DNA of 64,000 nt from a virus: positions 32,001 to 96,000 of IMG/VR virus record IMGVR_UViG_3300030202_003282, one strand, 5' to 3'. This document shows, piece by piece, positions 44,838-54,152 of this stretch. The notes beneath the pieces were generated by a model. The model had not been told where the DNA came from and did no database searches. It worked only from the letters and a program-made list of their open reading frames with translations. How positions within the stretch are numbered: the stretch's first letter is position 1; each line of letters opens with the position of its first letter. The translations under genes and the position numbers were made by a program.

Positions 44838-46091
44838 TTAAAATGGTAAATCATCAGCAGTATCAAATATTAAATTATCTTCTACATCTGTATACACGCT
44901 TACATTTTTTAATGACCATTTTCCATTTTGTGCTTCTAATTTTTCTTTCCATTCTGGTTTTAATTTAAAAGCACTTGTATCTAGATCAAAAATAGAATTT
45001 TTACCAAAACCTGCATTTCCACTTATAACATTAGAAAACATTCTAGTTACTGTTTCTTTAAATGCAAATTCAGTTAATGCTTCTTCTTGATCTAATTTCT
45101 TTATAAATGATTCAAAACCATGAGCATTTTGACCACCATAAAGACCATCTGCAAAAGATTTCATTCTTGTTCTTAATGATTTTACATTAACGGTATTCCA
45201 ATTTTTAGCATATCTTAAATTATCATTATTATAATAAAATAATAACGCTAAATATGGAATTGATTTTTCAATGTTACAATTAGACATTAATTCTAAAGCT
45301 AATGTGCAGTTTTCTGCATCATCTGCTTCTATCATTTTTAAACATTGATAATAATCATCTTCTGTAAGAACATGTGAATCTTCTGTTGTAAATTTATTTA
45401 AATGACTATCTAGCACTAATGTAGTGGAATTTAATAATGGTTCTAATGTAGACCATTCTTCAGCTTTAACATACCAAGGAGTCTTTCTATTGATGTTTTT
45501 CCATTTTAAAGAATTAGTGTCTTTATAAGGACTTAATGAATTTTCTAATATATCTTTATTTGAACTAGATTGATTATAAGAATATCCACATGTAATAGCA
45601 ATTCTAGAATCATTTTCTAAAATATTAAACCATTCAACAATATTTTGCCATGTTGCTTCCATAAACCTATTACTTTTTTTAAAATCTTGAAATACACTTT
45701 TAAGTTCTTCTTTTGATAAAAGAGTGCCTTGGTATTGTTGATCTAATGTAGAGTCTAAATACTTATAAGATATTACTGAATAATCAGCTTTATCTTGATT
45801 TCTAGTAACAGATAAATTATATTTTTCTTTTAAAACATCTACCTTTTGTCTAGGTAAATCTAATTTAGGAAATCTATAAATAGTTGCATCCTGTAAATCA
45901 TTTGAATCAATATCTTGTATTGAAAAATTATTTACTAATTGTTTTTTTTGTGATTCTCTGATGCTATATCCTTCAGATGCAAATACTATCATACCAAGAT
46001 ATTCTGTTGTAATAGCTTCTGGATTTAATCTATTATTTACATTAAATTTAGGATAAAAGTTAAAATTTAAATTATATAGTTTATGTCTCAT
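44838..46091 (-). CDS. BRCT-like domain protein with helical domain and SSB-type DDLPF C-terminus
   Basis: ATIYRFPKLDLPRQKVDVLKEKYNLSVTRNQDKADYSVI has a BRCT-like pattern. The protein ends ADDLPF and looks paralogous to 46081-47157. Confidence 0.55.
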   Translation of the reverse strand: MRHKLYNLNFNFYPKFNVNNRLNPEAITTEYLGMIVFASEGYSIRESQKKQLVNNFSIQDIDSNDLQDATIYRFPKLDLPRQKVDVLKEKYNLSVTRNQDKADYSVISYKYLDSTLDQQYQGTLLSKEELKSVFQDFKKSNRFMEATWQNIVEWFNILENDSRIAITCGYSYNQSSSNKDILENSLSPYKDTNSLKWKNINRKTPWYVKAEEWSTLEPLLNSTTLVLDSHLNKFTTEDSHVLTEDDYYQCLKMIEADDAENCTLALELMSNCNIEKSIPYLALLFYYNNDNLRYAKNWNTVNVKSLRTRMKSFADGLYGGQNAHGFESFIKKLDQEEALTEFAFKETVTRMFSNVISGNAGFGKNSIFDLDTSAFKLKPEWKEKLEAQNGKWSLKNVSVYTDVEDNLIFDTADDLPF

Positions 46092-47157
46092 TTTTAATTG
46101 TTTTTTTTAAATATTTACGATACTCTGGTTTAACACTCACTTTAAATACATAAAGTTCTCTATTACAAATAGATATTTCTTTTCTTACTAAAGGTTCAAG
46201 ATGGCAAAAACTTTCATGAGTTAATTGTTCTTTTTCTTCTAAGTACACAATCATGTCTTCTGCACTTTTATATCTAAGATTATCCCAATCAACATTTTCT
46301 AACCAATATTGCACATCTTTATTTCTATTAAATTTGTGCATATAGTTATCCATTTTAGAAATAAATTCCCAAAATAAATGAGGAACTCCTGTTGGATCAA
46401 TGGTTGGAATTAATTTACCAGCTAATTCAATGTCTTCATTATTATAATTATTACATTGACTATAAATTAAATCTCCAAGCTCTTCAGTAAATGGAGTTCT
46501 AGTAGCAGAAGATAATAGTAAATCATCCATTGCTATTGGAGTAATTAAACCTGTGTCAATTTTGTATGCAAGATTTATTGCCATTCCAGTAAGACACCAA
46601 ACATCATAACAACTCTCTCCTGCTGTATGATCATGACGTCTACCAAATTCTTCTAGTTTTTCATCCCAAATTACAGAACCATTATCTAAAATCCATTTAT
46701 TAGCTTGATTTATAAAACTATAATTATTAGAATTATCAAATTCATTAACAGATTCATAATTCCATAATTTAAAACTCATATGGCTATTTAATATTCTTTC
46801 ACCATTATTTAAAGTATGACTAGTATTATCATCATGAACAATAACCATATCAGCTAAAGTATAGTCATTTGTTATAGTTATTTTATGCTCTTTACATGCA
46901 GCTTTTACTCTATCTAAAGAGACAGGAGACTTGCTGTAAACAAAAGCTTTTTTACATGAACTAAAGTTTTTTGTTGGAGCTGCAGTTAATATATTATTTA
47001 TTTTATCATATGTTGTTTCAGATTCTGATACTAACACTTTACCAAACTCATATCCTCCGGATAAAGGAACTCCCATAAAAGAGAGCTCCTCATCTGTTCC
47101 AAAGAAATGGTCCAGTGCATCTTGATCAAAATCTTGATATACTGTTTTTTTTGCCAT
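46081..47157 (-). CDS. BRCT-like domain protein
   Basis: KAFVYSKSPVSLDRVKAACKEHKITITNDYTLADMVIV has a BRCT-like pattern. Confidence 0.55.
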   Translation of the reverse strand: MAKKTVYQDFDQDALDHFFGTDEELSFMGVPLSGGYEFGKVLVSESETTYDKINNILTAAPTKNFSSCKKAFVYSKSPVSLDRVKAACKEHKITITNDYTLADMVIVHDDNTSHTLNNGERILNSHMSFKLWNYESVNEFDNSNNYSFINQANKWILDNGSVIWDEKLEEFGRRHDHTAGESCYDVWCLTGMAINLAYKIDTGLITPIAMDDLLLSSATRTPFTEELGDLIYSQCNNYNNEDIELAGKLIPTIDPTGVPHLFWEFISKMDNYMHKFNRNKDVQYWLENVDWDNLRYKSAEDMIVYLEEKEQLTHESFCHLEPLVRKEISICNRELYVFKVSVKPEYRKYLKKTIKNET

Positions 47158-47158
47158 T

Positions 47159-48424
47159 TTATTTCATTGTCATTTTAATAATCTCAGGCTTCATCATAAG
47201 TTTATTAAACTTTTGTTTGTTACCATTGAATATTGTTCTTACTACTAAATACTTAAGATCATCAGTAAAATAATCTTTAGTACATAAGGTTTCAAGTCTA
47301 TCTGTTATCTTCTGACTAATAGTATTTTCTTTAGAATATACCACTGAGAAGTTAGCAAGTCTTGTTGCCAATGTTGATGCAATATCTGCACGATAAGCAT
47401 CATCTTTTCCAATACAACCAGTTAACTCACCAAGAATATATTGCTCATTATCATGAGTTAATAAATCTTTAGGTGTTACTAGTTTATCTAGTTTATTGTT
47501 AATAAAAGTTGTAAACATAGATGCAAATTCATCACCTACAGAACCTTCACCAATCATTTGAATTAGTGGTAACTCATCTTCAAATTTTTCAATAGAACTT
47601 ATAGAGTTAAAAAAGCTTGTAATAGATCTTGCATTTGTTTCTTGAGTTACAAGTTCAGGGTGTAATAACAAAAAGTTAATACATCTTGAATCAATACCTG
47701 ATTCTTCTGCCCAACGAGCCCATACTTCAACATCAAATTTAAGATTTGCAGAAATAAATCTAGTTTTTTGTGCAGAATCTATTGAGTTAACCATATAATC
47801 TCCATTGTCTGGATTTGCAGTTAAAACAATATGCCAATCTTGAGGTAAAGACCAAGAAATATAAGTTTGTCTGTCCACTAATTCCATAACGGCTTGAACA
47901 AATCTCATATCTGCACGGTTCCAATCATCTAAGATTAACATGCCACCTTTTTTTACATCAGCAATCCAGTTAGGAGCACAATAAGACATTCTATTCTTAC
48001 CTGTTACTTTCCAACCTTGTTTTAAATATTCTTCAACAGCAAGTTCATCAACCCACTGACCAACTTTTTTAGTTATAGTTGCAGTTGCAACTTGAGCAGA
48101 AGCTGCTGCTTTTTGTGCTGCAGTATAATTAAGATCATCTATCTTTTTAGATGGAACTTTCTTTTCTTTATACATTTGAAATTGTCTAACAGGAAATCCT
48201 ACAAGATCTCCTAACTCTTCAATTTGAGCTAAATTTAATTTTACACAATCTAGATTGTTTTCTTTTGCAATTTCCATTACAGTAGATGTTTTACCAATTC
48301 CTGATTCACCTACTACTTCAATAGCTACAGGAAGTTTATTTTCTTCTTGTAAAAATCTATTATTAGTTATTATGTGGTTAATAAACCCTTTTAATTCATC
48401 AATGTTTAAATTTACTTGTGCCAT
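47159..48424 (-). CDS. MoxR-like AAA+ ATPase
   Basis: Walker A GESGIGKT, GDLVGFP, Walker B LILDDWNRA, LTANP and DSAQKTRF (Arg finger). Confidence 0.85.
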   Translation of the reverse strand: MAQVNLNIDELKGFINHIITNNRFLQEENKLPVAIEVVGESGIGKTSTVMEIAKENNLDCVKLNLAQIEELGDLVGFPVRQFQMYKEKKVPSKKIDDLNYTAAQKAAASAQVATATITKKVGQWVDELAVEEYLKQGWKVTGKNRMSYCAPNWIADVKKGGMLILDDWNRADMRFVQAVMELVDRQTYISWSLPQDWHIVLTANPDNGDYMVNSIDSAQKTRFISANLKFDVEVWARWAEESGIDSRCINFLLLHPELVTQETNARSITSFFNSISSIEKFEDELPLIQMIGEGSVGDEFASMFTTFINNKLDKLVTPKDLLTHDNEQYILGELTGCIGKDDAYRADIASTLATRLANFSVVYSKENTISQKITDRLETLCTKDYFTDDLKYLVVRTIFNGNKQKFNKLMMKPEIIKMTMK

Positions 48425-48432
48425 AATTTTTA

Positions 48433-49599
48433 TTAGTTTAATTGTATTTTAAATCCGGGTAATTCTTCATTTATTCCACAGTCAGAACTATGAACCCATA
48501 ACGTATTATTTGGACAGTTGTTAGGACTTGGAGCCTCTCCATCTGTAAAATATATAAGTGCAGTATATGCACGTTTATTATCATTATAATGATCTATAAC
48601 AGGTTGAAATGATGTACCACCTCTACCGTGTATTTCCCAATCTTGTTTTGGATTAAATTCTTTTATTCCTCTAAAAGTAGAATCACATTGTGCAACAGTA
48701 ATCTTATGACCTGTTTTATGCATATGTGTTAATTCACTCCAAAATTCTTCTAGTTCTTTAGAACTAACTGATCCAGATGTATCTACACCTACAAGAATAT
48801 GATTTTTAAATTTAACTTTAAGACCAGGATTTTCACTGTATCTTTTATTAAATTTTCTACGCATTTTTCTTGTATAGCTTACTGTAGAATTTCCAACAAA
48901 TCTTCTAAGATATCCTCTCCAATCAAATTTTGGAGGTTCAACATGTCTTAGTCTTTGAATTAAATCTGCAAGTTCACCTGGAATGTTACCACATCTTTTT
49001 TCAGTTGTTTCAGCAGTCTCTTTAATTTGATGTTCAATTTGTTTTTCAACTAACTTTTTATCTGCTTCATTTAATTCATCAAATTCAGCCCAAGTTTTAT
49101 GATCATATTGACTATCACCATCCATTTGTCCTAACAAAGATTCTAATGAAGGACAATTTCCACTTTGTTTAGCTTGTTCCAGCAATTCATAATACTTTTT
49201 AGTACCAGCTTTAACAGGAAGATTTAATTCAGGAAATGTATCTAAAGTTAATCCACCATCAGGTAAATCATTTTTATTTATATATTGATTTATTTCTAAA
49301 TCAGCAGCTATATTAAATAATTTATGATCAGAATATAAATCTCTTAACGTTAAATGACCAAATGAAACATGAAGTAATTCATGCTTTAAAAGACCAACTT
49401 GTTGTCTTATATTTAATTCTTGAAAAAAATCTGGATTAATAGCTAATTGAATACCTATTCCTTTTTTACTCACACCTGCAGTAGGTATGTCTTTTCTATA
49501 ACTTTTATTTAATCCAATAAGAAAAAGTCCGTAAAAGGGCTCTTCTAAGATTAAAGTTTTAACGGTTTTTGCAACCTTTTCACTTATTATTATACTCAT
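48433..49599 (-). CDS. Metallopeptidase-VWA protein (DUF2201-like)
   Basis: HELLH and NIAADLEIN, plus VWA MIDAS elements VDTSGS, GRGGT and FTDG. Confidence 0.85.
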   Translation of the reverse strand: MSIIISEKVAKTVKTLILEEPFYGLFLIGLNKSYRKDIPTAGVSKKGIGIQLAINPDFFQELNIRQQVGLLKHELLHVSFGHLTLRDLYSDHKLFNIAADLEINQYINKNDLPDGGLTLDTFPELNLPVKAGTKKYYELLEQAKQSGNCPSLESLLGQMDGDSQYDHKTWAEFDELNEADKKLVEKQIEHQIKETAETTEKRCGNIPGELADLIQRLRHVEPPKFDWRGYLRRFVGNSTVSYTRKMRRKFNKRYSENPGLKVKFKNHILVGVDTSGSVSSKELEEFWSELTHMHKTGHKITVAQCDSTFRGIKEFNPKQDWEIHGRGGTSFQPVIDHYNDNKRAYTALIYFTDGEAPSPNNCPNNTLWVHSSDCGINEELPGFKIQLN

Positions 49600-50032
49600 G
49601 ATTATAAATTGATTTAAATTTTGAAAAATAACGTTCTATTGCTTGTTTTTCAGGAGTAATTTTATTCATTTGATATACAATAATATCCATAATAGAAGAT
49701 TTAAACTCTTCATTTTTTCTTTTAAATAAAAATTTTGTAATGGATAATATATCTTCCCAAGTATAACTACCATGACGGTAATTCCAAGGCCTTGGGATAT
49801 TATGACCTGTATCATGGAGTAAACTAAACTCTTTCATAAGTTTATTATACTCAGGAAATTTTTTCATATATACAGCTCTACGCTTATAAAATAATGTTTT
49901 AATAAATAACATATGATACGTAACATCTAATTTAAAATTTTTAATATTAGAAAAAGCTACTTCCATATCTTCATCAGTTCCATTTAACATTTTTTCTAAT
50001 ACTATAAACTCTTCTAAACTTAATATTTTCAT
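49580..50032 (-). CDS. Hypothetical protein with shared helical motif
   Basis: 150 aa; LEKMLNGTDEDMEVAF. Confidence 0.6.
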   Translation of the reverse strand: MKILSLEEFIVLEKMLNGTDEDMEVAFSNIKNFKLDVTYHMLFIKTLFYKRRAVYMKKFPEYNKLMKEFSLLHDTGHNIPRPWNYRHGSYTWEDILSITKFLFKRKNEEFKSSIMDIIVYQMNKITPEKQAIERYFSKFKSIYNHEYNNK

Positions 50033-50033
50033 A

Positions 50034-50501
50034 TTAATCCCAGTTTATGTTTGATTTTACATTAAGAAACGGAAACATATTATTAATATCACCTATAAGA
50101 TTTTTTTGGACAACATAATTAAAAAATTCTATTAAAAGAGGATCTTTATTTTCTTTAATCCATTCATATAATTGATCATATTCATATCCTGCTCTATTAT
50201 CCCAAGTACTTATTTTTAAACGGTTTACAAAACTTTGATAAGCAGCCGGATTACAATTTGATATTAATTGCATTGTTAATATAGTATAGGGAGTTAAATA
50301 AGTTTCTGTTCCCCAATCATAAAAATGTAAAGATGTGTCTTCTATTATTTTATAAGCTATTTCTTTATCATCTCTATTTGGAGAATTAATTAATTTTATT
50401 AATCCTTTTATATCAGACAAAGTTTTAATAGACTCTACAAAAGATTCTTCATTTATTGATTTTAAAACTTTCATTCCGTTATTAGTTAATATTTGATTCA
50501 T
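50034..50501 (-). CDS. Hypothetical protein with shared helical motif
   Basis: 155 aa; LIKLINSPNRDDKEIAY. Confidence 0.6.
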   Translation of the reverse strand: MNQILTNNGMKVLKSINEESFVESIKTLSDIKGLIKLINSPNRDDKEIAYKIIEDTSLHFYDWGTETYLTPYTILTMQLISNCNPAAYQSFVNRLKISTWDNRAGYEYDQLYEWIKENKDPLLIEFFNYVVQKNLIGDINNMFPFLNVKSNINWD

Positions 50502-50848
50502 TAGTCTTCAATTTTTAAAGTTCTAAGCATCCACGTTGGATGTTTTTTTTCAGTCATATTAATAATCCATTCTTTTGCAGAAGGTATATAATTATTACAA
50601 TCTTCTTTTACATGTTGTTCACCAACATACCGTGTATACACAGTTTTACCATCAGAATTAGTAAAATGTTCTCCAAATGTTTTTTCACATTCAAAAATTC
50701 CTTCACTATGATGTCTATACATTCTATGATAAGAATTACCAATCCAAGATTTAGTTTCATCAAACCAATTATGAATATGAATATAATCTGTTTCCAAACC
50801 ACCCCATTTTCTTACAGATGATTTAGCATGTTTTAAAGGATGAGCCAT
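50501..50848 (-). CDS. DUF6915-like His-rich protein
   Basis: MAHPLKHAKSS..KWGG...IHNWFD...HR..RHHSEGI...GEQHVKED. Confidence 0.7.
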   Translation of the reverse strand: MAHPLKHAKSSVRKWGGLETDYIHIHNWFDETKSWIGNSYHRMYRHHSEGIFECEKTFGEHFTNSDGKTVYTRYVGEQHVKEDCNNYIPSAKEWIINMTEKKHPTWMLRTLKIED

Positions 50849-51225
50849 TAAATATTATTTAATAAAGTTCCGGCATCATCATATTCTTCATATGTTCTTT
50901 GATTATAATTAATTATATAAGATAAATTACTTAATTGTATATCAATTGATCCCCAACCACCTTCATTGTTAACCCAATCACCTATTCTATTTACATAGTT
51001 TTCAAAAAAATGATATGCTAATTCTTCAATGTCATCAGTTCTAATAAAAGGTTCACAACCTTTATAGTCAGATATATAATTACCGTTAGGATCTAAATAT
51101 TCTATTTCATGAATAGAACCGTCATCCCCTCCTCCATCAAAATGAGCTCTAATTGTATGTACTCCTTTATTTAATAGGGCTAGTTTTGTTTTTAATATTA
51201 ATTGTTTTCTTTTTCCTTTTTGCAT
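50848..51225 (-). CDS. DUF6878-like protein
   Basis: FDGGGDDGSI...WVNNEGGWG, adjacent to the DUF6915-like gene. Confidence 0.65.
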   Translation of the reverse strand: MQKGKRKQLILKTKLALLNKGVHTIRAHFDGGGDDGSIHEIEYLDPNGNYISDYKGCEPFIRTDDIEELAYHFFENYVNRIGDWVNNEGGWGSIDIQLSNLSYIINYNQRTYEEYDDAGTLLNNI

Positions 51226-51595
51226 TTTTTTTAGTTATAATTTCAATAATTACACCAGGCTTTTCTTTATCATATAAATATGCTTCAAATTTTGGAATTA
51301 TAAATTCACAATTATCATCTTCTATCCAACCGTGTGTAACCATATCATCTTGTACAGTTTGTGCTGGATTTATATAATCAAATTTATGCCGTGTGCCTCT
51401 AATAAAAGTAAATGAAATTACAGCAGGTAGTTTATGCTTCTTTAGTTCTTTTTGAAACTGAGGAGCATATTTTTGATAGAAAGATTTAGTATCTTTTCTA
51501 TATTTCATAACTGTTTTACTAGCTATAAAGTACTTGCCTGTCCAACGTCTTCCATTTTTGCTTGAGGGTACATTACCCGGTATAAACCATTTCAT
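51167..51595 (-). CDS. RusA-like Holliday junction resolvase
   Basis: PGNVPSSKN...FDYIN...VQDDMV...IEDDN. Confidence 0.7.
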   Translation of the reverse strand: MKWFIPGNVPSSKNGRRWTGKYFIASKTVMKYRKDTKSFYQKYAPQFQKELKKHKLPAVISFTFIRGTRHKFDYINPAQTVQDDMVTHGWIEDDNCEFIIPKFEAYLYDKEKPGVIIEIITKKNAKRKKKTINIKNKTSPIK

Positions 51596-52572
51596 AAGCT
51601 TAGTGTTTGTTTTAACAATGGCTTTAATTTTTTATGCAATAGATCTAATCCGTGTAAATGCAAAGCATCTGCAGGATCATTTTCTAATGGACAAACAAAA
51701 CCATTTATATTATATACTTCTTTATATCTATCTACAGCTTTTTTACCAGCAGTATCATTATCAAAAAGAGTTATAATTTTTTTATACTTGTTTTTTAAAT
51801 TCTCAATAAGAATTGGTTTTAACATTGTGTTTTCACTATCAGGAGCTATTAATTCAACATTGTAACCTATTCCAGCTAAAGACATTACATCTTTTAAACC
51901 TGAAGTAATTACTAAATAAGGTTGGGTATATGTTAATTGATCTAATCCTTGAGTATGCATGCATACCTTTATGAATTTATGCTTTTTTTGTGCAGGTTGA
52001 TATATTTTATAAATAGAACCATCCTGTTTAAAATAACCATAAAGTTTAGATCCTTTAATTTTAATAAGATCAGTAGATCCGTCCTCTCCTTTTTTAACCA
52101 TATTATAATATTCCAGTGGCTTAACATTATATGTATTAAGTATTGTAGCACCAATCCTAAACCTTAACCAAAAGTTTTTATCTTCTTCTGTCCACTCTCT
52201 TGGTTTAACATAATCCACTTTATATTTTTCTTGAGCTTTAAAATTGCTATTTAAAAACTCATTATTTTTTATAAATGAATTAAAGTCTTCAATAATTTTT
52301 TCTACAGCACCGGGATAACCAACATGAAATAGTTCTTTTACTAAATCAATTTTACTACCAAATTTTCCACTTGAAAAATCTTTGTATTTATATTGTGCAT
52401 TAATTTGATCTACAAAAATACACATACTAGGTGTTCTTTCATTTGGGTTAAATATTGATTTTATTTTAACATCCTGACCAGTTAATTTTTCTGGTAGATC
52501 TAAATAGTATTCAAATACCCAATTACTTGGAACATCTTTTTCAGTAAAAACTAATTGTTTTGTATTAAACAT
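51592..52572 (-). CDS. dnaG: DNA primase (TOPRIM; start corrected to ATG 52572)
   Basis: Degenerate Zn-binding region (ERTPS...KDFSSG) and TOPRIM motifs ITSGLKDVMSL and LFDNDTAG. Confidence 0.85.
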   Translation of the reverse strand: MFNTKQLVFTEKDVPSNWVFEYYLDLPEKLTGQDVKIKSIFNPNERTPSMCIFVDQINAQYKYKDFSSGKFGSKIDLVKELFHVGYPGAVEKIIEDFNSFIKNNEFLNSNFKAQEKYKVDYVKPREWTEEDKNFWLRFRIGATILNTYNVKPLEYYNMVKKGEDGSTDLIKIKGSKLYGYFKQDGSIYKIYQPAQKKHKFIKVCMHTQGLDQLTYTQPYLVITSGLKDVMSLAGIGYNVELIAPDSENTMLKPILIENLKNKYKKIITLFDNDTAGKKAVDRYKEVYNINGFVCPLENDPADALHLHGLDLLHKKLKPLLKQTLSL

Positions 52573-52576
52573 TTTC

Positions 52577-52584
52577 CAAATATA
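52577..52584 (-). promoter_or_regulatory. Bacteroidota -7 promoter box (TAnnTTTG)
   Basis: TATATTTG ends 5 nt before the primase ATG. Confidence 0.6.
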
Positions 52585-52591
52585 ATAAATT

Positions 52592-52682
52592 AAAAAAAAA
52601 GATGCGGCAGGGGATGAGTCCTGAGCCACCCTGCCTTAAGAAATAGTATCATCATTTAAAGGACTGCCTTATCTTACATCTT
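52592..52682 (-). ncRNA. GC-rich structured element with alternative pairings and U-tract (terminator/attenuator/pseudoknot)
   Basis: A GGCAGGG/CCCTGCC hairpin has loop sequence AGGACT complementary to upstream AGTCCT. It is closed by AAGATG/CATCTT and followed by a T run. Confidence 0.5.
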
Positions 52683-52687
52683 ATTAA

Positions 52688-52759
52688 AGAAAAAGTAAAA
52701 GTTTTTCTGTTTGCCACATTTCATAGCTCCGAATTTCACGGTATACAATTACTTTTCCT
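52688..52759 (-). ncRNA. Multi-stem RNA with twin UGAAAU loops
   Basis: An 11-bp AGGAAAAGTAA/TTACTTTTTCT stem encloses CCG-TGAAATT-CGG and GCTA-TGAAATG-TGGC. Confidence 0.45.
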
Positions 52760-52767
52760 ATGTTTTT

Positions 52768-53445
52768 TTATAAATCAAAGTCAGATGCACTACCATTTTG
52801 ACTTACTGGTTCAAAATTAGTAGCTGCAGGTGCTGAAGCTTTCTTTTTTAAAGGAATAATGTGATTATCTTTATCAAAAGTTAAAAGTCTAGAGTTTTCA
52901 ATATCTAATGCTTCCATTGGAATACCATCTTTAGACATTCTAGGTAAAAATAAATCTTGGTTAGTATAACCTTCTTTATTTTCCCATTCTTTTCCACCAA
53001 CACACATATTAAACCATCCACTAGCAGAAAAAAGATCATTACAAGATGTCATAAACTCTTCAATAGTATTTGCTTGTACTTTATCAAGTTCATCTCTTTT
53101 ACCTAAAACTTCAGAAAGATATACCATACCTTTCATCACTTCATTATCTCTACTAATTTCTCTTCCAGATGGAAGTGTAGCATCTTTATATGGATAAGGA
53201 GAAAATCTCACTCTTCCTACTTGACCTTGGTATCTTGGACCATTTGGCTCATTTACATTCAATAAAAATCCTTCAAACTCTCCACCTACAGGCTTTGTTT
53301 CAACATTTAATAAAATATTATAAGCTTCTGCATCATATGGTGTTTGATCAAAACTAACTGAATTGATTCTTACAACGTGATTTCCAGCACTAATTACTGG
53401 TTTAGTTTTTCCGCTTCCAACGGACATGTCTTTAGTGTTTAACAT
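52768..53445 (-). CDS. Putative single-stranded DNA-binding protein
   Basis: It lies between the Sak4-like ATPase and primase, has a beta-rich body and ends in a flexible acidic-aromatic tail (SDFDL). Confidence 0.6.
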   Translation of the reverse strand: MLNTKDMSVGSGKTKPVISAGNHVVRINSVSFDQTPYDAEAYNILLNVETKPVGGEFEGFLLNVNEPNGPRYQGQVGRVRFSPYPYKDATLPSGREISRDNEVMKGMVYLSEVLGKRDELDKVQANTIEEFMTSCNDLFSASGWFNMCVGGKEWENKEGYTNQDLFLPRMSKDGIPMEALDIENSRLLTFDKDNHIIPLKKKASAPAATNFEPVSQNGSASDFDL

Positions 53446-53468
53446 AGTTACTTTTTTTGATTAATTAT

Positions 53469-54152
53469 TTATTTATTGTATTCTTCTATATGTTCTTTTA
53501 CATATTGAAGGTCATTTGGAATGAATTGATCCTCAAACATCCCCATTGGTGATTTACATGTATTCTCTCCATTAGTTTGTGTTTCAAAACCATAGTCAAG
53601 AGTACCATCATCATTTTTACGTACTTTGCCAAAAAGTACCATTGAAAAAAGGCCTTCTAAAGTTAAAGCATTATCTATCATTTTACCAACAGTTTTAGCT
53701 TTAACTCTTCTGTGACCATTAACATCCGTTGATTCTTCTGAATGAGTTAAAAAAAATATACATAAATCATCTCTCAAATCTTTTGGATATTTTGCAACCT
53801 GTGCCAGGTTAGTAGCTATTTGAGTAAATTTATCATATCCTTTTTCATTGGCTCTATCAAAATATTCAAAGCTGGACATATATTGCCAATCATCTACAAC
53901 TAAAGTTTTAATATGTGTCATTTTTTCATTTACATGACGCATTGCTTTTATAATGCCTTGTGCAGTAGATGCTGCTGTCATATTACCTTCAGGATTTTCT
54001 TTAGAAATTAATGTATAATTCTTTTTCCATCCTTTAAAAGGTAGAGGCTTGTTTGCAATATTTATAATAAATGTTTCTTCAGGATTTAAATTCCTGATAG
54101 AAGTAGATTTTCCACTTCCTGATTCTGCAATTACTAATGTACTTTCTGCCAT
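53469..54152 (-). CDS. AAA_24 / Sak4-like ATPase (recombinase)
   Basis: AESGSGKST, LVVDDWQY, FLTHSE, KTVGKMID and KSPMGMF. Confidence 0.8.
   Translation of the reverse strand: MAESTLVIAESGSGKSTSIRNLNPEETFIINIANKPLPFKGWKKNYTLISKENPEGNMTAASTAQGIIKAMRHVNEKMTHIKTLVVDDWQYMSSFEYFDRANEKGYDKFTQIATNLAQVAKYPKDLRDDLCIFFLTHSEESTDVNGHRRVKAKTVGKMIDNALTLEGLFSMVLFGKVRKNDDGTLDYGFETQTNGENTCKSPMGMFEDQFIPNDLQYVKEHIEEYNK

Noticed and set aside
52606-52668. GATGAGTCC...GGAC on the + strand resembling a hammerhead ribozyme core
   Set aside because: It lacks the complete CUGAUGA and the GAAA after stem II.
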